A stretch of 64,000 nucleotides of DNA from an uncultured Verrucomicrobiota bacterium (GTDB lineage: Bacteria > Verrucomicrobiota > Verrucomicrobiia > CAZIPW01): contig CAZIPW010000001.1 in the NCBI GenBank assembly GCA_964541675.1, positions 67,493 to 131,492 on the forward strand, written 5' to 3'. The translations under genes were made by a program, and so were the position numbers. How positions within the stretch are numbered: position 1 is the first letter of the stretch; every line of letters starts with the position of its first letter. Of this stretch, positions 18,698-28,166 are shown piece after piece. The notes beneath the pieces were generated by a model, which was not told the DNA's origin, did not search any database, and saw nothing but the letters and a program-made list of their open reading frames with translations.

Positions 18698-19384
18698 GTG
18701 GAAAGGCTTACGCCCATAGTTGATTCCCGCTACGAGAGAAAAGACCTCTGCGCCTTCCCAACCCTTAAGGCTCTCTACAGGTTTGCCCTTTCCCACGTGC
18801 AAAAGTACCGCGCGCGGGAGTTGGCCGCGACCTGGAGGAGAATAAAGGAGTACGCGCGTTTGCGGCTCACCGAGGAGAGATTCCTGAAGGAGTACCTGTG
18901 GTGCGTGTATGTGGCGGGATTCTCCGCTCAGACGGTCTCCAAAAAGTACGATGAGCTGCTCAAGGCCCACAAAGTGCTGGATGTACGGGGAGCATTCTAT
19001 CCGATCACCCAAAGGGAACTGCTTCCCAAAACCTACTGCAGGGCCCCTCTCAAGATCATAAGAAACCGCGCGAAATGCGAGGCTATCCGCAGGACGCGCC
19101 TTTTGATACTGGAGAAGGGCTGGGTGGCCTTTGAGAAAGAGTTTCTGGACCGTCGTAGTCCGGAGAGTTTGCAGAGGCTTCCGTTCATTGGCCCGATACT
19201 GGCCTGCCATCTGGCGCGCAATCTGGGGAATACCGAGGTGTGCAAACCGGATGTCCACCTGGTAAGGCTGGCCAAGCATTATGGTTTTGGTTCTGTTCAA
19301 CTTATGTGCGAATCTTTGGGACGCCCTGCGGGAAAGGTCGATCTGATACTGTGGTATACGAGCGCGGATAACAGGACGAGATAA
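18698..19384 (+). CDS. HhH-GPD superfamily DNA glycosylase-like protein (monofunctional type)
   Basis: EYLWCVYVAGFSAQTVSKKYDELL resembles the EndoIII N-terminal helix (LL.AVLLSAQ.TD..VNKAT). LPFIGPILACHLARNLGNTEVCKPDVHLVRLAKHYGF aligns with the HhH-GPD segment LPGVGRKTANVVL...VDTHIFRV, including the catalytic Asp; there is no Lys at the bifunctional-enzyme position. Confidence 0.45.
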   Translation: MERLTPIVDSRYERKDLCAFPTLKALYRFALSHVQKYRARELAATWRRIKEYARLRLTEERFLKEYLWCVYVAGFSAQTVSKKYDELLKAHKVLDVRGAFYPITQRELLPKTYCRAPLKIIRNRAKCEAIRRTRLLILEKGWVAFEKEFLDRRSPESLQRLPFIGPILACHLARNLGNTEVCKPDVHLVRLAKHYGFGSVQLMCESLGRPAGKVDLILWYTSADNRTR

Positions 19385-19448
19385 GGTGCCATGCACGGGC
19401 TAAAAAGTATGTTGTAGATATCGAGTATATAATATACTATAAATCGCT

Positions 19449-20759
19449 GTGGATCCTGCCAAGCCCAAGTCCAAGCGTAAGCCAGAACCGTTTAGTCATG
19501 AGATCGTATACTTTATTGTAAACGGAGGCGGCAGGGAGTGTCACAGAAAAATCTATCCCTCAAGGTTACATGCTCTCGCGCTGGCGATCGGGATTAGGTA
19601 TGGCAATTTGGACGAAAATATACGAAAGGTATATGCGCAAGAGCTTGTCAGTCGTATGTCGGGCTATATTGAGCAATCCTGCGCGCAGGCGGGGGTATCC
19701 GCGGCGGCCTGCAAACGGGTCTTCGCCACAAACGCCGGTCAAGTGGTGGGGATAACCTTTAGGAGAAGATACAAAAATCCCAATTACATGGGTGTTTCTT
19801 CGAAAGAGATCGGGGGCGGGACGCGCATACTGACTAGAAGCGAAAAAGAACTTAACGCCAGCATCTTTGTCATGAAACTCTCTCATACGATCCAGTGGCT
19901 TGTTCAGGACAAGAGAACAAGGCGGGTAATAAGAGATTTTCAAGTGATTGGCAGTCTGAGAACTGATCCAGACAGATTTCCCAGAATAGAGAAGTTGGCG
20001 GCTCCTCAACTTGGAAAATTCATGAAATCGGGCATCCGCGGGATTGACAGGGAGTCTCAACTGCAGGAGGGGCGGTTGGCTTTGTGGGCGGCAGCCCGAG
20101 GGTATGAGGCAAGAAACTTCTCAACCTTTGGCCATTTTGCCAGGGTGGCGCTCGATCACAAATTCTGCAATCTGCTTCGATATAGCCTGGCCGACAAACG
20201 ACGCGTCAACCGTTCTTTGGTGCCAATCGGTGGAAATATCGGGGATTCCTATACGGGCAGTCAGGTCGACAGTGTCTCATACGCCCATTGGGAGGCGCAG
20301 CAGAGCATATACGATGCTGCAGATGAAGAGATTGGTCGCAGAATCAGACACAATGGGTTACCCGCTTTGGGCGTGCTTAGAAGCAAACTCGGAGGGGATG
20401 CCGCCGCGGTCAAGCTTTTCGAGATGTTGGTGCACGGCAACCCCGAAAGAACCGTCAGTGGAGCGGATCTAAACGGCGAGGTGCTCCCTGGAATGTCTCC
20501 GTTTGCCAAATGGCTGCTCTACAAAAAGAATTTCGGCCTAAAAGGGTTTGAGAGGGAGGCCAGATTCCGGGGTGACGGTAATGATGGGACGTTCTGGGAA
20601 AAACTGCCGGAGGCGGATGAATCGAATTTCCCACATCTGAATGAAGGGACGGTAGAGGTGTCGGATAGCCTGCCTGACGCGGCGGAGAAATACCTTGACG
20701 AGTATCATGGTGTGGCGCAAGTGGAGATGGGGGATTATGATGCCGACTCTTGGGAGTAA
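19449..20759 (+). CDS. hypothetical 436-aa protein with an internal sigma-70 region-2-like segment
   Basis: ESQLQEGRLALWAAARGYEARNFSTFGHFARVALDHKFCNLLR resembles sigma70 region 2.2-2.4 (LIQEG.LGL.KA...F...FSTYA.WWIRQAI.R). No clear region-4 HTH was recognised. An AT-rich promoter-like stretch (tatataatatactataaa) lies upstream. Confidence 0.35.
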   Translation: MDPAKPKSKRKPEPFSHEIVYFIVNGGGRECHRKIYPSRLHALALAIGIRYGNLDENIRKVYAQELVSRMSGYIEQSCAQAGVSAAACKRVFATNAGQVVGITFRRRYKNPNYMGVSSKEIGGGTRILTRSEKELNASIFVMKLSHTIQWLVQDKRTRRVIRDFQVIGSLRTDPDRFPRIEKLAAPQLGKFMKSGIRGIDRESQLQEGRLALWAAARGYEARNFSTFGHFARVALDHKFCNLLRYSLADKRRVNRSLVPIGGNIGDSYTGSQVDSVSYAHWEAQQSIYDAADEEIGRRIRHNGLPALGVLRSKLGGDAAAVKLFEMLVHGNPERTVSGADLNGEVLPGMSPFAKWLLYKKNFGLKGFEREARFRGDGNDGTFWEKLPEADESNFPHLNEGTVEVSDSLPDAAEKYLDEYHGVAQVEMGDYDADSWE

Positions 20760-20937
20760 ACTGACATAAGATTAGCCCCTCCCCAAACTCTGGTATAATC
20801 TCTTCCGTGCATACCGATTCTTTCCCACTCAGAATAATTCTCCAGGGGCTTCCTATATGTCCAATAGGTACTATAAGTCCTACGGCCTCTCTCGGTATGC
20901 CCGCAGCCCCATATCAAACTAAGGATAACACCCTATC

Positions 20938-21021
20938 ATCACTGATAAACCGTGAGATAGCAGTGATTATGAGGCAAATGCTTCCCTCAAGATCACTGTG
21001 GAGCAGTGATTTTGCAGTGAT
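20938..21021. promoter_or_regulatory. two adjacent tripartite TCACTG/CAGTGA repeat clusters (sites B1 and B2), ~70 bp upstream of rbfA
   Basis: B1 (20938-20967) is ATCACTG-ataaa-CCGTGAG-atag-CAGTGAT. B2 (20992-21021) is ATCACTG-tggag-CAGTGAT-tttg-CAGTGAT. Spacing within each cluster is 11-12 bp for cores matching the consensus; B1's last hexamer follows the degenerate CGTGAG by 10 bp. Confidence 0.45.
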
Positions 21022-21088
21022 TCCCAAACAGGCTCCCCAAGTTTGCTCGTTGCGGTTTCCATGTGTTTGCTGTATGCTTGGAACTCTT

Positions 21089-21475
21089 ATGAACGAACCC
21101 GAAGGCCGCATGACGCGCGTGGACAAGCTCCTATACCAGAGTCTTGCGGAAATATTGCGCGTGCGTTATCCCAAAGAGACGCTCGCCATTACCTTGACGG
21201 GCGTCAAGTGTTCGCCGGATCTTTTCAACGCGCACGTCTCCTACTCGGTGATGAATGACGACAAGAAAAGCGCGGTGGATTTTTTCAGGAAGAACGCGCG
21301 GGAAATTGGCCGAGCCATGGCCAAGGACGTGGCACTCAAGCGCCACCCAAAACTGCATTTTATCTACGATGAGTCGATCAAGAACATGGCCTCTGTTGAT
21401 AGGCTCTTGCACGAGATGATGGATACGCATGAACTTCCGCCGATCGAGATGGAGACGAAGAAGAAGCAAATATGA
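21089..21475 (+). CDS. rbfA: ribosome-binding factor A
   Basis: MTRVDKLLYQSLAEILRV...ITLTGVKCSPDLFNAHVSYSV matches the RbfA pattern (R..RV...I...L....DPRL..VTIT.VE.S.DL..A.VY.S). Start could be 21074, 21089 or 21110. The track ORF begins at 20807, which is too far upstream. Confidence 0.7.
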   Translation: MNEPEGRMTRVDKLLYQSLAEILRVRYPKETLAITLTGVKCSPDLFNAHVSYSVMNDDKKSAVDFFRKNAREIGRAMAKDVALKRHPKLHFIYDESIKNMASVDRLLHEMMDTHELPPIEMETKKKQI

Positions 21476-21733
21476 TAGATTTACTCGACATTGATACAAC
21501 TCCCACCCCCCACCTCCTCCCCGCGGGAAGGGGATATATGGTGGGACTTCAGCCCCAGTGCCCCAGAACCAATACCAATACCGAGAGGGAATTTCATCGT
21601 CTTGCGATCAGTCCTGCCCGATTCCGACGTGTCGGGGTTAAGTGGCAGGGCGGCATAGCTCAGCCGTGGGCGCACTGCTCTAAGTCCACGGCTACATTAC
21701 CCGTAGCGAATAGAAGGGGCAGATATATCATCT

Positions 21734-22732
21734 ATGGCTAAAACAATACCCACGCTCAGAGATCTGGCCCAGACCCTCAAAAAGCTGAAGGGGCCGATAG
21801 TGGTTGTGGGACACGCCCACCCCGACGGTGACTGCGTGGGTTCCACCGTGGGTCTGGTGGAGGTGCTGCGCGGCATGGGCAAGGAGGCGTATGGTATGTG
21901 TCCGGATGCCATACCGGAAGAGCTACGCTTTATCATCGAGGGGACATCCTGGCTGGCGACCGATTTGAAGGCACTGGATGGGAAGACGGTTATTGTGGTG
22001 GACACGGCTACGAGCAAGCTATTGGAGAACTTTTCGGGCATCTCGCCTGCGCTGGTGATAGATCACCACTCCAGCCGGACCGCGTTCGGGGAGGCCGAGT
22101 ATGTGGACGCAGATGCCTCCAGCGTGTCGCAGATCATTGTCGAATTGGCCCGGGAGCATCGCCTCAAAGTAAGCAAGACGGGCCTTTTGGCCCTGTACAG
22201 CGGGATGCTCACCGATACCTACCGGTTTTTGTACGGGACTGAAAAAGATAGTTATTTCAAAACCCTGCAGGCAGCTTCGTGGATCGCCGAGCAGGGGGTG
22301 AACGTGAAGCGTGCCACAGAAACGCTGACGGCCACTTATACGAGGGAATTCTTGAATCTGTTGAGTCTGGCGTTGAGCAAGGCCGAGTTTATGGAGGATG
22401 GCAAACTGGTTTTGGTCGGGCTCTCCGAGGAGGAGATCAAAAAGGCTGGCGGAACCCTGCAGGACAAGGATATCCTGGTGAGCTTCCTGCGTTCCATCAA
22501 GGGAGTGGAGATGTCTGCTGTCCTTATGGAGTCAAAAGGAAAGAGTTTTGGGAGCGTTCGTGCCACGGAGGCCTCCCAGAAGGCCAACAAGCTTTGCGAG
22601 GTTTTTGGCGGGGGCGGACATGATCGGGCGGGCGGAATAAGGAACATGGAGGTCCCCCTGGGCGAACTTTTGCCTCGCTTCCGAAAAGAATTTCTGGCAC
22701 ACTGGAAGGTTTATGGCCCAAAGCAGATTTAG
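21734..22732 (+). CDS. nrnA: DHH/DHHA1 phosphoesterase (NrnA-type bifunctional oligoribonuclease/pAp phosphatase)
   Basis: DHH motif [13 protein letters not shown], a DHHA1 GGGGH motif near the C-terminus, and the conserved rbfA-DHH-truB gene order. Confidence 0.75.
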   Translation: MAKTIPTLRDLAQTLKKLKGPIVVVGHAHPDGDCVGSTVGLVEVLRGMGKEAYGMCPDAIPEELRFIIEGTSWLATDLKALDGKTVIVVDTATSKLLENFSGISPALVIDHHSSRTAFGEAEYVDADASSVSQIIVELAREHRLKVSKTGLLALYSGMLTDTYRFLYGTEKDSYFKTLQAASWIAEQGVNVKRATETLTATYTREFLNLLSLALSKAEFMEDGKLVLVGLSEEEIKKAGGTLQDKDILVSFLRSIKGVEMSAVLMESKGKSFGSVRATEASQKANKLCEVFGGGGHDRAGGIRNMEVPLGELLPRFRKEFLAHWKVYGPKQI

Positions 22733-23456
22733 ATTTCCGGAGACTTTCAGCGGGATACTCTTTATTGACAAGCCGATGGGATGCACTTCCCACGACGTGG
22801 TGGACTGCGTCAGGCACACTCTGGGTATGAAAAGGGTGGGGCACGCCGGGACGCTGGACCCCATGGCTACCGGACTTTTGATCATTCTGGTGGGACAGGC
22901 GACCAAGACCTCCCAATTCCTGATGGGGTTGGACAAGACGTACACCGGGACTTTGAAGTTGGGCGAGACGACCGACAGCCACGACGCCGACGGCGAGGTA
23001 ACCCAAACGCGCCCGGTGGAGGGAATAACAGCCGAGAGCCTTACCGCCGTGATGAAGGGATTTATTGGGGATCAGTATCAGATGCCTCCCATGTTCAGCG
23101 CCAAGAAACAGGGTGGACAGACCCTTTACAAGCTGGCTAGGCAGGGCATCGAGGTGGAGCGCGAGCCGAGGTTTATCCGTATCAGCGCACTCAACATTGG
23201 CAGCATCAATCTGCCCTTCGCCGATTTTGAAGTCATGTGCAGCAAAGGGACCTACGTCAGAACCCTGGCTCATGATATCGGCGAGAAGCTCCGTTGTGGA
23301 GCGCATCTGACAGCCCTACGGCGCACGGCCATCGACAAATTTACCGTGGATATGTCCGTGAAACTGGCGGACTTTGAGAACATGGATGAGGTGGCGATCC
23401 GCCAGGCGGTAAGGCCGACCTTCCAGGTGGTGCCAGCAAGGGTGCTGGGATCTTAG
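22713..23456 (+). CDS. truB: tRNA pseudouridine(55) synthase
   Basis: [17 protein letters not shown]...[14 protein letters not shown], including the catalytic Asp motif, and a PUA-less short TruB core. Confidence 0.85.
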   Translation: MAQSRFRFPETFSGILFIDKPMGCTSHDVVDCVRHTLGMKRVGHAGTLDPMATGLLIILVGQATKTSQFLMGLDKTYTGTLKLGETTDSHDADGEVTQTRPVEGITAESLTAVMKGFIGDQYQMPPMFSAKKQGGQTLYKLARQGIEVEREPRFIRISALNIGSINLPFADFEVMCSKGTYVRTLAHDIGEKLRCGAHLTALRRTAIDKFTVDMSVKLADFENMDEVAIRQAVRPTFQVVPARVLGS

Positions 23457-23505
23457 TTTGGGACTTTCATCGGGCGGGCTTTTGTGAGATCTGATCAATA
23501 GTAGG

Positions 23506-23790
23506 CTACCGCTTCGGAATGTTTTTTTGCAGCAACTCGCGGACTTCGCGCGGGTCGGTCTCTTCAAGTTCGCGGCCCTTGCGTTTCAGATCCTCGCAGG
23601 TCTTGGTAACGCCTTCGGTAACAGCCTCGTGCGAGGCTTCTGAGCCGCCCACAAGCGTGAACTGTTCTGCGCGCGTAATGCGTTTGTGGCCGTCGTCTTT
23701 TTCAATGATAAGACCCAGCAAGTAAGCCCTGCGCTTCCTTCCGGAGGAGGAAGCGCGCCTGCGCGGAGCTGGAGTATCATTGTCTTTCAT
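23506..23790 (-). CDS. small basic hypothetical protein, translationally coupled to scpA
   Basis: The 94-aa ORF begins at an ATG (23790-23788) that overlaps the scpA TGA stop, giving ATGA. The sequence MKDNDTPAPRRRASSSGRKRR... has no recognisable ScpB winged-helix. Confidence 0.35.
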   Translation of the reverse strand: MKDNDTPAPRRRASSSGRKRRAYLLGLIIEKDDGHKRITRAEQFTLVGGSEASHEAVTEGVTKTCEDLKRKGRELEETDPREVRELLQKNIPKR

Positions 23791-24548
23791 ACGGCCACGG
23801 CTTTTTTTTCGATGGAGATCTCTCCAAAGCTTTCGGACTGGACAAGGTCGATCTCTCCAAGTCGGGCAAGCTCCAAAATGGCGACAAACATGGCCGCTAT
23901 CCACCGAATCTCGCGCGGGCCTGTCTTTAGAATGGCCGAGAACTCCATGGTGGGAGTGGCTTTAAGATTCTCCAGGATGCTTTCAATGGCCTGGCTGACG
24001 GTGTATTCATCGAGGGCTATCTCGCCGATGGCCACCCTTTCCAAAAGCCTGCGGATCAAGGCTCCATAGCTGGACATAAGCTCAAAGCGATCAAACGGCC
24101 TGAGGGGTCTTTCGGGGGCCATCTGCGCCCTGAAACACGGATAGGAGAGCGCCTGCTCATGCATCTTCTCCTCAAGCAGGGTGCCGCTCTTTTTGAGTTT
24201 CTGATATTCGAGCAGTTGCCGCACCAGCTCGGCGCGGGGATCCGGCCCCAACGCCGCGGATTCCTTCAATTCCTCGTTGGTGTGTGCCCTGCTCTCGCGG
24301 GGCAGGAGCATCTGGCTCTTGATCCGGAGGAGTTCCGCAGCCATGACAAAGTATTCTCCGATAAGTGGAAGTTCCATTTTCCCCATGGCCTTGAGCGTTT
24401 CCAGGTACTGCCTGGTGATGAGCTCCATGGGCAGTTCCAGGATGTCCACCTCGTTGAGTTTGACCAGATGCAAAAGCAGATCCAGCGGACCTTCAAAGAC
24501 TTCCAAGGCCACCATCGGATCCTCTTCTGGGAGTATGCCGTCTCTCAT
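23787..24548 (-). CDS. scpA: segregation and condensation protein A (kleisin)
   Basis: ALEVFEGPLDLLLHLVKLNEVDILELPMELITRQYLETL...AAELLRIKSQMLLP is typical of ScpA. Confidence 0.75.
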   Translation of the reverse strand: MRDGILPEEDPMVALEVFEGPLDLLLHLVKLNEVDILELPMELITRQYLETLKAMGKMELPLIGEYFVMAAELLRIKSQMLLPRESRAHTNEELKESAALGPDPRAELVRQLLEYQKLKKSGTLLEEKMHEQALSYPCFRAQMAPERPLRPFDRFELMSSYGALIRRLLERVAIGEIALDEYTVSQAIESILENLKATPTMEFSAILKTGPREIRWIAAMFVAILELARLGEIDLVQSESFGEISIEKKAVAV

Positions 24549-24610
24549 GGGTACATTCTAAAGAGAGCCCCGCTGTTAGGCAAGAAATGAAACCTATTTT
24601 GATTATCCGA

Positions 24611-27229
24611 CTATGGCAGGTGGTTGATCCAATCGTTGAATCGGTCGCCTTCCTCCCCGTGAAAGAGGTCTTTGTCATCAAAGGGTTCCACGTTTTTGAT
24701 GTCCATCAGGCGCGAGAACCGCAGGCGCCGGAATGTGCCAATGGAATATTCTTTGATCGGCTCCAGAATTGCGTTGGGATTCATTTGATCGCTGGAAAGG
24801 TCCTTGTATCGGTGGGTGGCCGGTTCATATTCAAGGGACTGCATGAGATAAACCGGCGGATTGTTCGGGGCCCCGATGAAATACTTGGTGGCAGGCAGCT
24901 CGTTATTGATGGCCCGGGTGGGAAGGGCCTCGATGCCATAGACAGTCCACAGCATGGGCATCTCCGCGATGATCATGTAACGCTCATCCTTGTGCTCGTC
25001 CATGAACAGTTTGGCGAATTTGGCCTCCACCATGGGATAGTAAAAGCCCGCGTACTCGCGCGACGAAGCGCACGGGATGGTGTGCCCCACAAAGCCAATC
25101 GCTATGGTGGTGCCCAGAAGCGCATAATAGACCCGTTCCTTGACATAGGCAAAGTAGACAAAGCTCAGTACCGCCAATATGGCAAGACATATCAGGATAT
25201 GCGATAGGTTCCATCCCTTTTCTGGATTATATAGAAAGCCCTGTAGCCAGCCGAAGTAGAACCATACGGCCATGAGGAAGAAAAGGGCGTATCCCAGAAT
25301 TCCTCCTCTGACCCAGCGCGTCCATACGATGCCCGATGTCAGCGCAAAGAGCAGATACAGAGGCAATGTCAGCCTCACGACCATGTAATGGCTCATATCG
25401 AAGGCGTAGCACATTAGCAGCAGGAAATACAGGCCAAAACCCACGAGAAAGGTCCAGAAAACCAGGGTGGGGCGCTCCTCGTCCTCATAGGCCAACCTGG
25501 GGGTTCTCAAAAGCCCTATACTGATCATCAGCCCTGTTAGAGAGAGAGCCAGATACCAGGGCGTCATCTTGGGATCACCGCCATATTGGGACCAATAGTA
25601 AGGCATACTGGAGCAGATAAGAGCCAATAACGCGAAGAAAGGCATGAAAACCCAAGCGGCCCATTTGGGAACATTCGGGGTGGTGGTCAGTATGCGCCAT
25701 ATGGCGCGGCCCAGTACGCCAAAGAGAATAAGAATCAGCAGGGTTTGCGCCAGCGTAACATACCATAATCCATGAAAACACGCGGTGTGATCGCTGATGC
25801 ACAGACAAACTGTCAAGAAACCGGCGCAGCGGATAGAGAGGGCAAGGAAAAGGGTGGAGAAAAGCCACATCGACCATCTGGGCACTGTGCGAATCGTTGC
25901 CAGTATGCCAAAGACGATTACACTCAGTATTCCCAGGAAAGAGACAAGGGGCGCGTTGGGAAACTGCCGGATCCATGCGAAGAAGAAATGCAGCGTCTGC
26001 ATGAAACCATTGTCATAGTAATCCAGACTGAAGGGCTGGGAGAGCCCGACGGAGAAGAGCTCCCAAAAGTCCTTGTCCACCAGGAACGCCCTTTGCTGCC
26101 ATATGACGGGAATCAGCAGCACGGGAACGACCCACATTCCCCATGGAATTATGGCCTTCTTGGATATCGCCATACATGATAGAATGATTGGTGGTATGGG
26201 GACGAGGAAAAGTATCCACAAGAGATTGTGCAAAGTTAACCAGGAAACGATTGTTTCCATGAATATCATTGGGGTAAAGGATATCCTGGAGATTGCCGCC
26301 AGACATGCGAAAGCAAATACCAGCGCAGGGATGGTGCCGATACCCAAAAATATTTTCAGACCAGCATTTGTGTTTTCGGGTGAGGGTTTTTTGTCGGACA
26401 GGCTCCAACCCATGAGGGCGACAATGCCGACAGGAATAAGGAACAGCGCCGACTCATAACGCACCTGGGAGAGCATGATGGCAGTCAGCCAGAGCGCGGA
26501 GAGCATTCTTGAGGTCGGACGCTCCAGATAGTCCATGGCCACCTTGATTGTCAGGAGTATCATGACCAGGTTGAGTATCTCAAACCCTGCCCCGCTGGAC
26601 TGATGCCATATCAGGGGGATACTGGCGAGCAGCCCTACGGATACCAGTCCCGCCGCCTGCCCCGCTATTTTTGAGGCAACCACCCAGGCGAGTACAAACA
26701 TGGCCAGGGTCAGGAAGGAGTTCAGATAGAACGCGTTTTCGACGCGGTATCCAGTCAGATCATGCAGGGTGCAGACCAGGAATGGAAAAAAATTCGGCCT
26801 CTTGTCCACGTATCCTTCGGTAAAGTACACGCCATCCACCTGCTTCGCGTTCGAGACCACATAGACCTCCCTGTGAAAATGCATCATGCGGGAGGTATTG
26901 ATGAGGACAGGTTCGTCTTCCAAAATTTTGAAGTTTTTTTCCTCTCCGAGCTGCATGACCAGCCACGCGCCCAGGATAACTAAGGCAGCCAGCAGATACT
27001 TTCTGTCCCAAAGCCATAGATAGCCTTCCTTTTTCAGAAGGGCGGGGTATGCCCTTATAAGGGAAACCAGCCACAATAGAAAACATCCCAGGATCATCCA
27101 ATAGCCCCAGCAGCGGATCCACAGGATGGCTGTTTGATTGGAGACAAGCTCCAGAGGCCAGGGCCAGCCAATCAGGAGACAGATCGCGGATAGAACGCAA
27201 AAAAGGGTTAGCTTAAGGCCGTTGGACAT
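24611..27229 (-). CDS. very large polytopic membrane protein (872 aa; >20 predicted TM helices plus ~150-aa C-terminal soluble domain), possible GT-C-like glycosyltransferase
   Basis: Hydrophobicity pattern only; no catalytic motif could be confirmed. It lies immediately upstream of the two pseudopilin genes on the same strand. Confidence 0.45.
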   Translation of the reverse strand: MSNGLKLTLFCVLSAICLLIGWPWPLELVSNQTAILWIRCWGYWMILGCFLLWLVSLIRAYPALLKKEGYLWLWDRKYLLAALVILGAWLVMQLGEEKNFKILEDEPVLINTSRMMHFHREVYVVSNAKQVDGVYFTEGYVDKRPNFFPFLVCTLHDLTGYRVENAFYLNSFLTLAMFVLAWVVASKIAGQAAGLVSVGLLASIPLIWHQSSGAGFEILNLVMILLTIKVAMDYLERPTSRMLSALWLTAIMLSQVRYESALFLIPVGIVALMGWSLSDKKPSPENTNAGLKIFLGIGTIPALVFAFACLAAISRISFTPMIFMETIVSWLTLHNLLWILFLVPIPPIILSCMAISKKAIIPWGMWVVPVLLIPVIWQQRAFLVDKDFWELFSVGLSQPFSLDYYDNGFMQTLHFFFAWIRQFPNAPLVSFLGILSVIVFGILATIRTVPRWSMWLFSTLFLALSIRCAGFLTVCLCISDHTACFHGLWYVTLAQTLLILILFGVLGRAIWRILTTTPNVPKWAAWVFMPFFALLALICSSMPYYWSQYGGDPKMTPWYLALSLTGLMISIGLLRTPRLAYEDEERPTLVFWTFLVGFGLYFLLLMCYAFDMSHYMVVRLTLPLYLLFALTSGIVWTRWVRGGILGYALFFLMAVWFYFGWLQGFLYNPEKGWNLSHILICLAILAVLSFVYFAYVKERVYYALLGTTIAIGFVGHTIPCASSREYAGFYYPMVEAKFAKLFMDEHKDERYMIIAEMPMLWTVYGIEALPTRAINNELPATKYFIGAPNNPPVYLMQSLEYEPATHRYKDLSSDQMNPNAILEPIKEYSIGTFRRLRFSRLMDIKNVEPFDDKDLFHGEEGDRFNDWINHLP

Positions 27230-27369
27230 AGATGATTCGAGGAATTCGAACAGCCACTTCTAAAAAATGCGGAGTATATTGGCGAGACAAAACTCAGGAC
27301 AGTTTCTCTGCCGGTAAAAAAAGAACCCCGGGTTATGCCAGGGTTCTCTTTGATTGACTTCAAGGAGTG

Positions 27370-27723
27370 TTATTCGTAGGTGTAAACCACACGATCATTG
27401 CCGGCAGCGGTGGCGACCAGATTGCTGGTCGTGCCCGCATTATTCTGTACAACGGTCAGAGTGCTGTATGTCTCTCCGGCGATGACCTTGATGGGAGCAA
27501 AGCGCCCATCGTGGATCAGCTGGTTGTAAGTGGCCTGCGTGGTACCTTTATCAAGAAGGTATTGCTCGCCAGCCGAGGCGATCTGACGGAGGTTGTTCAA
27601 GATGGTCTTTTCACGGGCCTCTTGGCGTACTTTGTTAAAAGCGGGGATCGCCATGACAGCCAGAAGGCCGATGATGACCACCACGATCATGATTTCAACG
27701 AGCGTAAACGCTTTGTTTTTCAT
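27370..27723 (-). CDS. prepilin-type N-terminal cleavage/methylation domain protein (type II secretion/type IV pilus pseudopilin-like), copy 1
   Basis: MKNKAFTLVEIMIVVVIIGLLAVMAIPAF is a class III signal peptide (G-FTL-E motif). Confidence 0.7.
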   Translation of the reverse strand: MKNKAFTLVEIMIVVVIIGLLAVMAIPAFNKVRQEAREKTILNNLRQIASAGEQYLLDKGTTQATYNQLIHDGRFAPIKVIAGETYSTLTVVQNNAGTTSNLVATAAGNDRVVYTYE

Positions 27724-27812
27724 AGGATATTTGTTTTTATACTCCCCAAAGATAAAATGCGCAACAGAAAAAATCTATGGCGCGCTTTAATAATGGTTTC
27801 TAATATAGGCGC

Positions 27813-28166
27813 CTATTCATAGGTATATACGACACGGTCGCTGCCGGCCGCGGTTGCCACAAGAGTGCTCGTGGAACCGGTGTTGTTTTGAATAACCTTC
27901 AGGCCGCCGTAAGTTTCCCCTGCAATGGCTTTAATGGGAGCAAAGCGTCCATCGTGGATCAGCTGGCTGTAAGTGGCCTGCGTGGTACCTTTATCGAGCA
28001 GGTACTGCTCACCACCCGAGGCGATCTGACGGAGGTTGTTCAAGATGGTCTTTTCACGGGCCTCTTGGCGTACTTTGTTAAAAGCGGGGATCGCCATGAC
28101 AGCCAGAAGGCCGATGATGACCACCACGATCATGATTTCAACGAGTGTAAACGCTTTGTTTTTCAT
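27813..28166 (-). CDS. prepilin-type N-terminal cleavage/methylation domain protein, copy 2 (tandem paralog)
   Basis: Same N-terminus, MKNKAFTLVEIM.... The track ORF is extended to an upstream GTG at 28205. About 85-90% of residues are identical to copy 1. Confidence 0.7.
   Translation of the reverse strand: MKNKAFTLVEIMIVVVIIGLLAVMAIPAFNKVRQEAREKTILNNLRQIASGGEQYLLDKGTTQATYSQLIHDGRFAPIKAIAGETYGGLKVIQNNTGSTSTLVATAAGSDRVVYTYE
28044..28166. repeat. 123-nt block identical (1 mismatch) to 27601..27723, i.e. the 5' coding ends of the two pseudopilin genes
   Basis: Direct comparison of the two stretches. The next ~60 nt are also highly similar, while the 3' halves and the upstream regions diverge. 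Confidence 0.8.

Noticed and set aside
18593-19396. 267-aa minus-strand ORF overlapping the HhH-GPD-like gene
   Set aside because: The composition is dominated by R, Q, P and L, with no motifs. The plus-strand frame carries recognisable EndoIII-like segments, so the plus strand was chosen.
21640-21710. tRNA-like fragment (ggcggcatagctcagccgtgggcgcactgctctaagtccacgg...)
   Set aside because: It starts like an acceptor/D-arm, but no anticodon stem or T-arm (GTTCRANYC) follows. It cannot form a cloverleaf, so it is not called as a tRNA.
22524-23306. 260-aa and 137-aa minus-strand ORFs antisense to truB and nrnA
   Set aside because: Shadow ORFs opposite strongly supported genes.
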